The notes beneath the pieces were generated by a model. That model made no database searches, was not told the origin of the DNA, and saw only the letters and a program-made list of their open reading frames with translations. This document shows positions 35,210 through 44,907 of a stretch of DNA of 45,039 bases, piece after piece; position 1 is the stretch's first letter; each line of letters begins with the position of its first letter. This DNA is from Candidatus Hadarchaeales archaeon. Its GTDB lineage: Archaea; Hadarchaeota; Hadarchaeia; Hadarchaeales; JAWBSP01. Made by a program: the position numbers and the translations under genes. Where the stretch lies: positions 1-45,039 of the forward strand of contig JAWBSP010000008.1 of the NCBI GenBank assembly GCA_038842485.1, written 5' to 3'.

Positions 35210-35506
35210 GTGACGAAAAAAGTGCTCATCGTCTGGGACCTGAAAGCAAGGGGGTCCGCGGCAACTCTCTTTTACCGGGCTCTCTCGGGCTACGACTACA
35301 AGACCAAGGAGGGGGTGCGGCATTCACCGGGGATTTTGGACGAACTACCAAAAGATGCTTGGGAATTCATCAACCGGAGTACCCTTCTGATAGAGGAAGA
35401 GTATGCGGGGCTCGTGGAAGAGGTCTTCAGAGAGTTCGAGAAATACCTAAATTGGTTCAAGTTTAAAGTTGAGAGGTGGTGGGGTGAAGGGAAAGAAAGA
35501 GGTTGA
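35210..35506 (+). CDS. Small hypothetical protein, possible Cas2/VapD-like ferredoxin fold
   Basis: VLIVWDL...FYRAL.GY...GIL...INRSTLLI. Own TATA box; overlaps the cdc48 start. Confidence 0.6.
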   Translation: MTKKVLIVWDLKARGSAATLFYRALSGYDYKTKEGVRHSPGILDELPKDAWEFINRSTLLIEEEYAGLVEEVFREFEKYLNWFKFKVERWWGEGKERG

Positions 35507-37733
35507 GCTGACGGTTTACGAAAACCCCCATCAGCCGGATGTCAACCGGGGAGTGGCCAGAATTCCAGAGGAAGTGCTGAAGGAGCTTGATGCGAAGCCG
35601 GGTGACATCGTCGAAATCGAGGGAAAGCGACTCACGGCGGCAATTGCGATGAGGGCCCCACCGCAGGACAGGGGGAGGGATATAATCAGAATGGACGGGC
35701 TGACGAGGAAGAACGCTGGTACTTCAATAGGAGAAAGAGTAAAGGTCAGAAAAGCTTCCGTGAAAGAGGCCTCAAGGGTGACGCTTGCACCGGCCGAGCC
35801 AGGATTGCAGCTCGAGATGGAGGGCGAACTGCTCAAGCGCAACCTGCTCGGGAGACCTTTGGTTAAAGGAGATGTGCTGAGCGCCATTCCGGCTCCCGGT
35901 GGTGGTTTCGAGGAGGACTCTTTTCTTTCCCTCTTCCCCTTCTTCGGCCAAGTCGGACCATTTGGATTGGGAGAGCTGAAGTTCGTCGTGGCTAGCACCT
36001 CACCCGCTGGATTGGTCCTCGTCACCGATGGGACAAAAATCGACATTCTACCCCAAGCCGTAGAGGTGGAGAAACTCAAGGTGCCAACGGTGACCTACGA
36101 GGATATTGGCGGACTCAAGGAGCAACTCCAGAGAGTGAGGGAGATGATAGAGCTTCCGCTCAAACATCCCGAGTTGTTCGAACGGTTAGGAATCGAACCC
36201 CCGAAGGGTGTTTTGTTGTATGGCCCGCCCGGAACGGGAAAAACCCTGATAGCCAAGGCTGTAGCCAATGAGTCAGGAGCAAACTTCTTCTCAATCAATG
36301 GCCCGGAAATCATGTCGAAATTTTACGGGGAGAGCGAACAGCGGTTGAGGGAAATTTTCGAACAGGCGGAAAAAAGTGCCCCAGCCATCGTCTTCATCGA
36401 TGAGGTGGATGCCATTGCCCCCAAGCGGGAGGAGGTCACGGGCGAAGTTGAGAGAAGACTGGTGGCCCAATTGTGTACATTGCTAGACGGGCTCAAGTCG
36501 AGAGGAAGGGTAATCGTCATTGCTGCAACTAACCGACCAAACGCCCTCGATCCAGCCCTGCGTAGACCAGGGAGGTTTGACAGAGAGATAGAGATTGGGG
36601 TGCCTGATAGGGATGGAAGGAAGGAAATCCTCCAGATTCACACCAGGGGCATGCCACTTGCCAAGGATGTAGACTTGGAAAGGATCGCCGACATAACTCA
36701 CGGCTTCGTCGGCGCCGATTTAGAGGCACTCTGCAAGGAGGCCGCCATGAGTGCCCTGAGGAGAATCCTTCCGAAGATAAAGCTTGAAGAGGCAACCATC
36801 CCCCCTGAAATCCTAGAGGAACTCCGGGTCACCAAGGAGGATTTCGATAACGCCCTGAGGGTGGTTCAGCCCAGCGCCATGAGGGAGGTGCTCATTGAAG
36901 TGCCGAAGGTGAAGTGGGAGGACATTGGGGGACTCGAAAAGGTAAAACAGGAACTGAGGGAGGCCGTCGAGTGGCCGCTAAAATACCCGGAGGCCTTCAG
37001 CCGGATGGGAATTGAACCCCCAAGAGGCATCCTGCTCTATGGGCCCCCTGGAACGGGAAAAACCCTCCTAGCCAAAGCAGCAGCTACCGAGAGCGAGGCC
37101 AATTTCATTGCCGTCAAAGGGCCGGAACTCCTCTCGAAATGGGTCGGTGAAAGCGAGAGGGGGGTGAGAGAAACCTTCCGGAAGGCAAAAACTGCCTCCC
37201 CCTGCATCATCTTCTTCGACGAGATAGAGTCGCTCTGCCCAGCCAGGGGAGCAGGATATGGGGACGCCGGTGTGACCGACAGGGTGATAAGCCAAATGCT
37301 GACCGAGATGGACGGGATAGAGCGCCTAGGGAGGGTGATAGTGATCGGTGCCACCAATAGACCTGACCTAGTCGACCCTGCCCTCTTGCGCCCTGGGAGA
37401 TTTGACAGACTCATCTATGTTCCCCCTCCCGATGAGAGGGCAAGACTGGAAATCCTGAAAATCCACACCAAGAACATGCCCCTCGCCAAGGACGTGGATT
37501 TGCCCGCCCTCGCCAAGCAGCTGGAGGGCTACTCGGGAGCCGACATCGCTGCCCTGTGCCGGGAGGCTGCCATGCTGGCCCTTAGAAAGGACCTGAAGAG
37601 TAAGGAGGTGACATTCAAACACTTCCAGGAGGCCAGAAAAACCGTCGGGCCCTCCCTGACCCCTGATATGGTTGCTCCCTACGAAAGCTTCGCTGCCAGG
37701 GCGAAGAAAATCGAGACGAGAATGCACTATTAA
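35484..37733 (+). CDS. cdc48: CDC48/VAT AAA+ ATPase
   Basis: N domain plus two AAA modules (GPPGTGKT twice, [14 protein letters not shown]). GTG start at 35484 preferred. Confidence 0.96.
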   Translation: MKGKKEVELTVYENPHQPDVNRGVARIPEEVLKELDAKPGDIVEIEGKRLTAAIAMRAPPQDRGRDIIRMDGLTRKNAGTSIGERVKVRKASVKEASRVTLAPAEPGLQLEMEGELLKRNLLGRPLVKGDVLSAIPAPGGGFEEDSFLSLFPFFGQVGPFGLGELKFVVASTSPAGLVLVTDGTKIDILPQAVEVEKLKVPTVTYEDIGGLKEQLQRVREMIELPLKHPELFERLGIEPPKGVLLYGPPGTGKTLIAKAVANESGANFFSINGPEIMSKFYGESEQRLREIFEQAEKSAPAIVFIDEVDAIAPKREEVTGEVERRLVAQLCTLLDGLKSRGRVIVIAATNRPNALDPALRRPGRFDREIEIGVPDRDGRKEILQIHTRGMPLAKDVDLERIADITHGFVGADLEALCKEAAMSALRRILPKIKLEEATIPPEILEELRVTKEDFDNALRVVQPSAMREVLIEVPKVKWEDIGGLEKVKQELREAVEWPLKYPEAFSRMGIEPPRGILLYGPPGTGKTLLAKAAATESEANFIAVKGPELLSKWVGESERGVRETFRKAKTASPCIIFFDEIESLCPARGAGYGDAGVTDRVISQMLTEMDGIERLGRVIVIGATNRPDLVDPALLRPGRFDRLIYVPPPDERARLEILKIHTKNMPLAKDVDLPALAKQLEGYSGADIAALCREAAMLALRKDLKSKEVTFKHFQEARKTVGPSLTPDMVAPYESFAARAKKIETRMHY

Positions 37734-37754
37734 AGAAAGGGGTAGAGAAAAACG

Positions 37755-38045
37755 ATGCTAATGAAACAAATGCAGGGGATGAAAGTCATCACCGACAGAG
37801 GATTGGAGGTGGGAAGGGTGGAGGATTTGCTAATCGAGGAAACCTCTGGTAAAATTCTCTCCGTGTGCGTCAGACCCGTGAGCGGTGACTTGTTTAAGAA
37901 CCTGCCCAAGGACAAGGGGCAGCTCCTGATTCCATACTCCGCCGTTCTGGCTGTGAGGGAATTCATGATCGTGAGCGAGAGGGTTCTGACCATCATGGAG
38001 ATGAAGGCCCAGACTCCAACGACGACGGCAGCCGGAAGCCCCTGA
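37755..38045 (+). CDS. PRC-barrel protein (CdpB-like)
   Basis: GMKVITDRG.EVG.VEDL.I....G.I...IPYSAVLAV.EFMIV. Confidence 0.85.
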   Translation: MLMKQMQGMKVITDRGLEVGRVEDLLIEETSGKILSVCVRPVSGDLFKNLPKDKGQLLIPYSAVLAVREFMIVSERVLTIMEMKAQTPTTTAAGSP

Positions 38046-38046
38046 A

Positions 38047-38733
38047 CTACCAGCCAAAGTAAAGCCTAGCCGCCAGCTCCTCTGGAAGACCGGATGAGCG
38101 AATCTTCTTGGCGGTGGCATCAATATCATACTTAACCCTTCTCAGCTCGACCTTGGGTTCATCCGAGAGCTCCAAAACCATGTAGCTCGCTCTGGAATCC
38201 ATGTCCCTGGGTTGCCCGACCCCTCCAGGGTTCAGCACGAGCTTCCCAAAAATCATGCGCTGCATGGGCACGTGAGTGTGTCCCAGCAGGATGATGTCAG
38301 CCTGGATCGCCCGCACCGCCTCCAGTAGCAGAGAGTTGGAGATATCTGGAAAAATGTATTCCCAGAGGGGATCCCTCGGGCTTCCGTGAACCATGTAAAT
38401 GAGCTTGCCTGAGAGCTTTACCCTATTCTCTAGCGGGAGAGAGCGAAGAAATTTGGCGTTCTCCTCCGACAGCTTCTGGGCCGTCCAGAGAGCAGCCCTT
38501 GCCGCAAGTTCGTTCATTCCCTTTACATCCCTCGTCACTGCTGCGTAATCGTGGTTTCCCATCACGCATGTGACCCCCTTTTTCCTCAGGAGTTCCACTG
38601 CCTCGTTGGGCTCCGCAGCATACCCCACCAAATCCCCCAAGCAGAGCACCCTGTCCACGGTTGGCATATCGTCCAAAACCGCCCTCAACGCACTCAGGTT
38701 GGAGTGAATGTCGGAGATTACCGCTACTTTCAA
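38047..38733 (-). CDS. Calcineurin-like metallophosphoesterase (YfcE/MJ0936-like)
   Basis: ISDIHSN, LGDLVGY, GNHD, HGSP, GHTH, NPG.VGQPRD. Confidence 0.9.
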   Translation of the reverse strand: MKVAVISDIHSNLSALRAVLDDMPTVDRVLCLGDLVGYAAEPNEAVELLRKKGVTCVMGNHDYAAVTRDVKGMNELAARAALWTAQKLSEENAKFLRSLPLENRVKLSGKLIYMVHGSPRDPLWEYIFPDISNSLLLEAVRAIQADIILLGHTHVPMQRMIFGKLVLNPGGVGQPRDMDSRASYMVLELSDEPKVELRRVKYDIDATAKKIRSSGLPEELAARLYFGW

Positions 38734-39716
38734 GCGGGCAGGTCTCTAATCCCCTCTTCACAGATGCAGAAGGGCCTGTCCCTCTCGGGTAGCATGGGGC
38801 TGTCCACCACCCTCGCCACCCTGGCATTCCCCTTGCTCTTCCTCAGATAGACTCTGGTTGTCATGCCGTGTGCGACGATGTGTCCTCCCGCGGGCCGGGT
38901 GGGATCACCGAAGAAGATGTCCGGTTTCGCCATGACTTGATTGGTCACCACCACGGCGAGGTCCTTGACGTCGGCGAGCTTGTTTAGGTATGCCACATGT
39001 CTAGCTATCTTCTGCTGTCTGGGGGCCAGCAGCTCTCTTCCCAAGTACTCGGTTCTGAAGAGGGAAATGAGGGAATCCACCACCAGCAGTCTCACACCCC
39101 TCCGGTCGATTTCCTCCTCCGCCTTCTCGGCTGCGAGCATCTGATCCTCAACCGTGTAGACCCGATAGACCCCAATGTTCTGTAGCGTCTTGGAGGTGTC
39201 AAGCCCCAGGGCCGAGGCCATCTGCACGATGCGCTCGGGTCTAAAGGTTCCCTCTGTATCTATGACGAGGGCCGTCCCCTCCAGTCCCCCCCGCTCCACA
39301 GGCAACTGCACATTGACACAAAGCTGGTGGGCGAGCTGAGACTTCCCAGTCCCGTACTCCCCAAAGAACTCCGTGGTCGCCCTAGTTTCCACCCCCCCGC
39401 CGAGCAGCTCATCCAAGGCGCTGCTTCCAGTGGTGATCCTCCCCACCTTCTTCCTTCTTTCAAGGAGTTGCTCAGCCGTCACAAGTTCCCCGATTTTTGC
39501 CTTCCGCTTGGCCTCTTGGATGATTTGTTTGGCTTTACCCTCCGAGATCTCCGCGGCCTCCACAAGCTCTGCCGAAGTAGCCACAGCTATCGACTGTAAG
39601 TCGTAACCGGCCTCGGCAAGCCTCCTAGCGATTGTTTCACCCACCCCCTTCAATTCCTGGAGTTCCTCGATTTTCTTTTGCAACTCCTCGTCCACTTTTT
39701 CCTCTTCCTCCATCAT
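38730..39716 (-). CDS. radA: DNA recombinase RadA
   Basis: N-terminal HhH, GEYGTGKSQ, IDTEGTFRPER, VVDS, TNQV, GGHIVAH, YLRK; no intein. Confidence 0.96.
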   Translation of the reverse strand: MMEEEEKVDEELQKKIEELQELKGVGETIARRLAEAGYDLQSIAVATSAELVEAAEISEGKAKQIIQEAKRKAKIGELVTAEQLLERRKKVGRITTGSSALDELLGGGVETRATTEFFGEYGTGKSQLAHQLCVNVQLPVERGGLEGTALVIDTEGTFRPERIVQMASALGLDTSKTLQNIGVYRVYTVEDQMLAAEKAEEEIDRRGVRLLVVDSLISLFRTEYLGRELLAPRQQKIARHVAYLNKLADVKDLAVVVTNQVMAKPDIFFGDPTRPAGGHIVAHGMTTRVYLRKSKGNARVARVVDSPMLPERDRPFCICEEGIRDLPA

Positions 39717-39826
39717 TCTTTCCTCACCCCCTTTAGCAACTTCCCCTCTCCTAAAATCTGGACCTCACCGCTATAAGAAAGGAGAGAGACGACAGTGAGT
39801 AAAGTGCACAAAAGTGTACCTTTCAT
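39713..39826 (-). CDS. Putative 37-aa small ORF between rpa1 and radA
   Basis: MKGTLLCTLLTVVSLLSYSGEVQILGEGKLLKGVRKE. Its ATG overlaps the rpa1 stop after SD GGAGGTGA, and its stop overlaps the radA ATG. Confidence 0.45.
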   Translation of the reverse strand: MKGTLLCTLLTVVSLLSYSGEVQILGEGKLLKGVRKE

Positions 39827-39876
39827 TCTTCTCTCACCTCCTTTAGCAGCTCCTCCGCCTCTCTCTTAAAATCTGG
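39713..39876. repeat. Degenerate ~50-bp direct repeat (39713-39761 vs 39823-39876) copying the rpa1 3' end
   Basis: TCATTCTT..CTCACC.CCTTTAGCA.CT...CCTCTC..T.AAATCTGG is present in both copies. Confidence 0.8.
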
Positions 39877-41832
39877 GAATTCAAAACTTTCAGCCCTGAA
39901 CTCCAACTGTCCTGGAAACATTCTATCCTCCCTAGCAGTTCCCACGAGAATGAACTCCCTTCCCTCCAGCCCCAGCCTCCCGTAGAACTCCTCTGGGGAC
40001 TTCGAAAACAGCTGATACATCTCATCGGCGCTTTTCCCCACCAGCCGCTCTGCCGTAGCCCCGAAGAGAACTACCCGGACGGTGGAGGTTCCATCATCCA
40101 AAATCAGATTGAGCACGGCCTTGTGAACGGGAGTTACTGGCTTGCCGCAGTCATGACAGTAGGAGGAGGTATCCACCGTTCCTAGGCTCCTCCCGCACTC
40201 CGGGCAGGTATCAAAGAACGGTCTCCTTCTAGGAACCTCAACCACCGTCCCTCTGATTTTGGCCCTCCTCCCTGGGGCGAGCTCCTCCAGCGGGACCTCC
40301 CTGAGTTCGCGGAACGCCCTCTTCAGAACCTCCACCTGGGGCAACTCCTCTGCAAGGGGTGGGTCAACCTCCACCGTGCCAAGCCTGCCCAGCCTGAGCT
40401 CCACCTCACCCCTGTAAGTGGAGGTGTACGCGTTTACCAGCCTAAGCACCTGACCCACCTTTACCTCGGTCTCAGCATGCTGATCCCAGAGGCTCGTCCT
40501 CACACAGCCCGTTTCATCTCCCAAGACCAGCTCTAACACTCTGCTCCCCCCCACACTCCTGATTCCTCCTACTTCAACTACCCTGCCGGCCACCTCCAGC
40601 AGGTCCATGTCCGGTTCCAGCTCCCCCACTTTGAGCTTTTTGGGGGAGGGGGCCGGCAGTTCCACTCCCAGCGGGTTTATCTCTATCTGGTCAGGTCGCT
40701 CGATGCTCAATTCGACCCTCTCAGTCTGCCTGTTGGCCCTCGTCTTGGCTCCCCTAATCCTCAACGTGTCTCCCTCCTTCACTCTTCCGGCTACTTGGCT
40801 GGCTGCCTCATCCCACACAGTTGCCCGGATAGTATCGCTCCCATCAGAGAGCAGAAGAGTTAGAACCCTGCCGGTGCTCCCGTCCGCCCTCTTGAACTCA
40901 TTGGGTCCCCGGATACCCTTCACCCACGCCACCACATCTGCCCTCATACCCACGTCCAGCTCAGATAGCCTCACGTACTCCTCCACCTCGGGAGGAGGTC
41001 TCTCCACGGGAGGGTTCACCACGATTCTCCCCAGCCGAACATGTAGCTCGGGGATTTGATCCCTCCACCTCACCGTGGCGTTCTCCAAAAGAACCAGCTC
41101 CCCCCTCTCAAGTCCCTTCACGACCTCGGCTTTCTCATCCCAGAGAACTACCCTTATCTTCCCCGTTTCATCGCCGAGGATGAAGGTTGACCTCTTCCCC
41201 ACCCTTCCCCCTTCCCTCTCAAAGGAGGTCACCTCACTCTTCAGCAGGACCCTCCCCACAACATCCACCTCCTTCATTTCCCTGCTCACTTCCCCAATCT
41301 TCACCCTCCGCTCGCTGGGAAGTGGGAGATCCCCTACGTTTGGATCAGTCGGGGGGAGAATGGAAAGAGTGGTCCTAACATTTATGACCAGCTCGGCCGA
41401 GCCGTCCAAGCCTTCCCTCACATAGGCATTCCTTATCTCCACCGCCTCCCCGCGTTTCAGCTGTCCAGTCTCCGCCAGTCTTATTTTTTCTTTTTTCTCG
41501 TCGTCCCAGACGGTTGCCCGGAGTTCCCCAGTCCGATCGCGCAACACCATTCTCAAGGCATACCCCACCGAACCCCTACCAGTAGTGAACCTCTTGGGCT
41601 CGTAGACCCGCTCCACCCTAGCAATCAGGTTCACTCCACTCATGCCTGGAACCAAATCTTCTATCCTCAGCCTTCTGCTCCCCTCTAGCTCCTTTGCCAC
41701 CAGCTTCATTACCTCCAAATCTGGGAGAAGACCAATTTCACGTTGCTTCTCCTTAAACTTTTGAAAAACCTGCTCGCGACTTAGCCCGGTTTTTCTAGCC
41801 GTTTCTTGAATCAGCCGCTCAAGTGGGTCCAT
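39823..41832 (-). CDS. rpa: Replication protein A large subunit (5 OB folds, Zn finger)
   Basis: Repeated D.TG.I...LWD OB motifs and CPEC...CHDC in the last OB fold. Start set at MDPLE (41832). Confidence 0.9.
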   Translation of the reverse strand: MDPLERLIQETARKTGLSREQVFQKFKEKQREIGLLPDLEVMKLVAKELEGSRRLRIEDLVPGMSGVNLIARVERVYEPKRFTTGRGSVGYALRMVLRDRTGELRATVWDDEKKEKIRLAETGQLKRGEAVEIRNAYVREGLDGSAELVINVRTTLSILPPTDPNVGDLPLPSERRVKIGEVSREMKEVDVVGRVLLKSEVTSFEREGGRVGKRSTFILGDETGKIRVVLWDEKAEVVKGLERGELVLLENATVRWRDQIPELHVRLGRIVVNPPVERPPPEVEEYVRLSELDVGMRADVVAWVKGIRGPNEFKRADGSTGRVLTLLLSDGSDTIRATVWDEAASQVAGRVKEGDTLRIRGAKTRANRQTERVELSIERPDQIEINPLGVELPAPSPKKLKVGELEPDMDLLEVAGRVVEVGGIRSVGGSRVLELVLGDETGCVRTSLWDQHAETEVKVGQVLRLVNAYTSTYRGEVELRLGRLGTVEVDPPLAEELPQVEVLKRAFRELREVPLEELAPGRRAKIRGTVVEVPRRRPFFDTCPECGRSLGTVDTSSYCHDCGKPVTPVHKAVLNLILDDGTSTVRVVLFGATAERLVGKSADEMYQLFSKSPEEFYGRLGLEGREFILVGTAREDRMFPGQLEFRAESFEFPDFKREAEELLKEVREE

Positions 41833-41939
41833 CGAGGTTTCACCAGTTTTCCTTAAATGCGGAATAAAAATAAAGGTGTGAGGGGGGTAAATAGACACAG
41901 GTTGGTTGGTTAATAAACGCGGCGAATTATCATTGATAA

Positions 41940-42635
41940 ATGAGGGAGATTCACCTCGGACTGATTCCAGACGGTAACAGAAGGTGGGCTAGGCTTCACG
42001 GCCTCCCAGCGACCGAGGGACACAGGAGAGGGGCACAGGTGATGGAGCAGTTCCTGAAGTGGTGTCTGGAGGAGGAGATTCAAGAGGTGAGCATCTACGC
42101 CCTCTCCACCGAAAACCTGCAGAAAAGAAGCCAAGAGGAACTACAATCTATCTACCGGCTGATGGCCGAGAACTTCAGAAAACTCCTCAACGCCGAGGAC
42201 CTGTACAGGTATGAGGTAAAGGTTAACATCTTCGGCAAATACTATAAGCTCCCCGACTTCGTGGTGGAGGCAGCCAGAAATCTCATAAGAGCCACCAGCC
42301 ACCACTCCCGGCACTTCCTGAACATCTTGGTGGCCTACGGTGCCCAAGACGAACTGCTCCACTGCGTCAGGTCACTGGCGGAAAGCAGGATAGCGAGGAT
42401 TACCGAGAAGGTTTTGCTGAAACACCTCTGGGTGAAGCGCCCGCTCGATTTGGTCATCAGGACGGGTGGTGACCACCGCCTCTCCAACTTTCTGCTCTAC
42501 CAAGCCGCCTACGCCGAACTCATCTTTGTGGACAAGTACTGGCCTGACTTCACCAAGAAGGACTTCAAGCGTTGCCTCCGACAGTTTGATCAAGCTCAGC
42601 GCAGGATGGGCGGGGATCAGCCGGAGTACGTGTAA
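41940..42635 (+). CDS. uppS: cis-prenyltransferase (polyprenyl diphosphate synthase)
   Basis: HLGLIPDGNRRWA, YALSTEN, IRTGG..RLSNFLLYQAAYAEL, WPDF, RRMG. Confidence 0.93.
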   Translation: MREIHLGLIPDGNRRWARLHGLPATEGHRRGAQVMEQFLKWCLEEEIQEVSIYALSTENLQKRSQEELQSIYRLMAENFRKLLNAEDLYRYEVKVNIFGKYYKLPDFVVEAARNLIRATSHHSRHFLNILVAYGAQDELLHCVRSLAESRIARITEKVLLKHLWVKRPLDLVIRTGGDHRLSNFLLYQAAYAELIFVDKYWPDFTKKDFKRCLRQFDQAQRRMGGDQPEYV

Positions 42636-44490
42636 AGAACTCCCTCAGTCTTCTCCCCAGTTCTCCCTTTTTGTCGGGCACACGTTCAAGTTTCCTCCGC
42701 AACCAGCTTGGCAGACTGCTGGCCACGAACCTCGTCAAAACCCTTCGATCCAGAAAGATCACGGCGGCCCGATCCGTGACCAGCCGGTGGGCCCTACCAG
42801 CGGCCTGACACAGCTTTCGATGGGCGGGCAGGTAGTACGCGTAAAACTTCCCTTTCTTGGGGAACTGCTTCTCGTAATAGCCGATGGCGGCCTCGAGTCT
42901 GGCATCTGGCGGAGCATAGGGAATACCCACAAGCACGACGGCGTTCATCTCATCCCCTGGAAAGTCCCCACCCTCGCTGTTTCTCCCACCCATCACCCCC
43001 AACAGAACGGCCCCTCCCTTTCTGGCAAAGGATTTAAAGCTTCCCACCAGCTCATCGTTCTCCGCCGATGACATTTCGGGTGCCTCCACCAGTAGGGGCT
43101 TTCTAATCCGCTTCTCTAGCCCCGCCTCCACCAGTCCCCGCAGAACCTCATAACTCGCGGTGAAAATCCCCACATTTGCCGGGACCTCCTCGCAAATTTC
43201 CGCCAGCTTCTCGTTTATTTTTTGATACATCTGGGGCAACCGGAATTCCTCCTTGGTGGTCACGCCCTCCGTGGCTAGGCAAAGAACGTTCTCCTCCGGA
43301 AAAGGGGAGGGGAGTTCAAGTAGACGTGCCGTGCTAGGGAGACCCACCAGATCCCTGTATGCCTCAAGTGGCGCAAGAGTTCCGGACATGCTTACGGAGG
43401 CCCAGCAGTCCCAAATCTCCTGGGTGATAATCCTAGGATCGAGAACGGAGAGTTCAAGGGAGAATTGGGCCCTCCTCTTCGAAAGGATGTGCAGATATTC
43501 CTCCATTCCACAGCTCTCCACCCAGAGGGCGAGGAAGCTGGATAGATGCCTGAGGTGCGACCGCGGTGCCCTCCCCTCCTCTACCCTCTTCCAAAGAATG
43601 TTCTCTCCCACCTCCTCAGCCCGCTCGGCAAGTTCTGCGGGGGCCTCGAGCCCGTTCAGGACCTCTCTCCCCTCGAGAAGCTTCTCCCCCTCCTTCTCGC
43701 CGAAAATCTCCCCCGCAAAACCCTGCAGAAACCGAAACCACCCGGTTAGCTCCCTAGAAAGCTTCTTTTCCCCTGCTTCCTCCGCCTCCCTCACAGCAAG
43801 GGAGATGGAGGTGGACGTCAGTCTATCGCTAGCGATTTCGGAAGCGGTGGCTGGGAGGTTGTGTGCCTCATCGAAAACGATTACAAGGTTTTCCAGCCTC
43901 TCCCCTATTTCCTGCAGGAATCCTCCCCTGATGGAGGGATCCAGAATGTAAAGGTAACTTACCGCCGCGAGCCTCGCCTCCCCCAGAAGTTCTTTAGCCA
44001 GCTCGTACGGGCAGAGCTCCTCCCTCCTACAGACGGAGAGAATTTCTCCAGCCGTGACAGGTCGATCGAAGAATTCTCTGAGTACCCTCGAGGATCCTCT
44101 CCTCTCGAAGAATTCGCATTTTCCCCTCCGCTTCAAAATCGCACAAACCTGTGCCGCTTCCGATGCCGAGGGGACAAAGCGCATGAGGCGGTTGAGGCAC
44201 ATCTCCCTTTTCCCACGCATGGAGAGGGCGGTAATCCGAGCCTTCATTGCGCGCAGCTCCTCAATCACCCGATCCATCTGCTTGTGGGTTCTGCAGCAGT
44301 ACACAACCTTATACTCGTCCACCCGAGGGGAACTGAGAAGACTGCAGAGAAGGGCGACGGTCTTTCCCATTCCCGTGGGGCCCTCAACCACCAAATGACC
44401 GCCAGAATCGATGATCTCCCTAGCAGCGCGCATCAGCTCAAGCTGGGCGGGCCTTATCTCAGGGTAGGGAAAGAGCTCCTCAGGTTGCAT
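42565..44490 (-). CDS. xpd: XPD/Rad3 Fe-S DNA helicase
   Basis: FPY..IRP.Q, GPTGMGKT, Fe-S cysteines (MC, VC, KC, LCPY), DEAHN, MSGTL, SEG.DF, QAAGR..R. Confidence 0.92.
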   Translation of the reverse strand: MQPEELFPYPEIRPAQLELMRAAREIIDSGGHLVVEGPTGMGKTVALLCSLLSSPRVDEYKVVYCCRTHKQMDRVIEELRAMKARITALSMRGKREMCLNRLMRFVPSASEAAQVCAILKRRGKCEFFERRGSSRVLREFFDRPVTAGEILSVCRREELCPYELAKELLGEARLAAVSYLYILDPSIRGGFLQEIGERLENLVIVFDEAHNLPATASEIASDRLTSTSISLAVREAEEAGEKKLSRELTGWFRFLQGFAGEIFGEKEGEKLLEGREVLNGLEAPAELAERAEEVGENILWKRVEEGRAPRSHLRHLSSFLALWVESCGMEEYLHILSKRRAQFSLELSVLDPRIITQEIWDCWASVSMSGTLAPLEAYRDLVGLPSTARLLELPSPFPEENVLCLATEGVTTKEEFRLPQMYQKINEKLAEICEEVPANVGIFTASYEVLRGLVEAGLEKRIRKPLLVEAPEMSSAENDELVGSFKSFARKGGAVLLGVMGGRNSEGGDFPGDEMNAVVLVGIPYAPPDARLEAAIGYYEKQFPKKGKFYAYYLPAHRKLCQAAGRAHRLVTDRAAVIFLDRRVLTRFVASSLPSWLRRKLERVPDKKGELGRRLREFFTRTPADPRPSCAELDQTVGGNA

Positions 44491-44885
44491 CAAAGCCTAA
44501 GGAGGTCGGTATACACCAGAATCCAGAAAACCAGCCACAGGAAGAAAAAAACCTCAAAGTACTTTTTGAAAACATTTGAACCTGACCAGCCGCCAGGAAA
44601 TTGTGAGGCCTCGAACTTCAGAAGTTTGGGGGAGAGTTTGTAACAGAGGTAGAAGCCAAAAACCAGTATTGCGAGGGAAAGAAGGCTCATGCGTCCCGAG
44701 AGGGGACCGCAGATGATGCCGGTCAGTATCCCCCCAAGAGAAAAGAAGAGAGTTAGCTTCGTGTGGAGATCCAGCTGGATTCTCGGTTGCCTGAGGGGTT
44801 TACCACACTTGCTGCAGAGCTGCGCTGGAGGGGGGTTAGGTGTCTTGCAGTTGGGACAAACCAAGGTCTTGCCCTCCTCGGACAT
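44490..44885 (-). CDS. Zinc-ribbon plus 3-TM membrane protein, EMC6-like
   Basis: CPNC..PNP....CSKCG followed by three hydrophobic helices; GIICG.L and FFFLWLVFWILVYT resemble EMC6 signatures. Confidence 0.6.
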   Translation of the reverse strand: MSEEGKTLVCPNCKTPNPPPAQLCSKCGKPLRQPRIQLDLHTKLTLFFSLGGILTGIICGPLSGRMSLLSLAILVFGFYLCYKLSPKLLKFEASQFPGGWSGSNVFKKYFEVFFFLWLVFWILVYTDLLRL

Positions 44886-44907
44886 CAGTGAAGGGATGAG
44901 AGATTAT

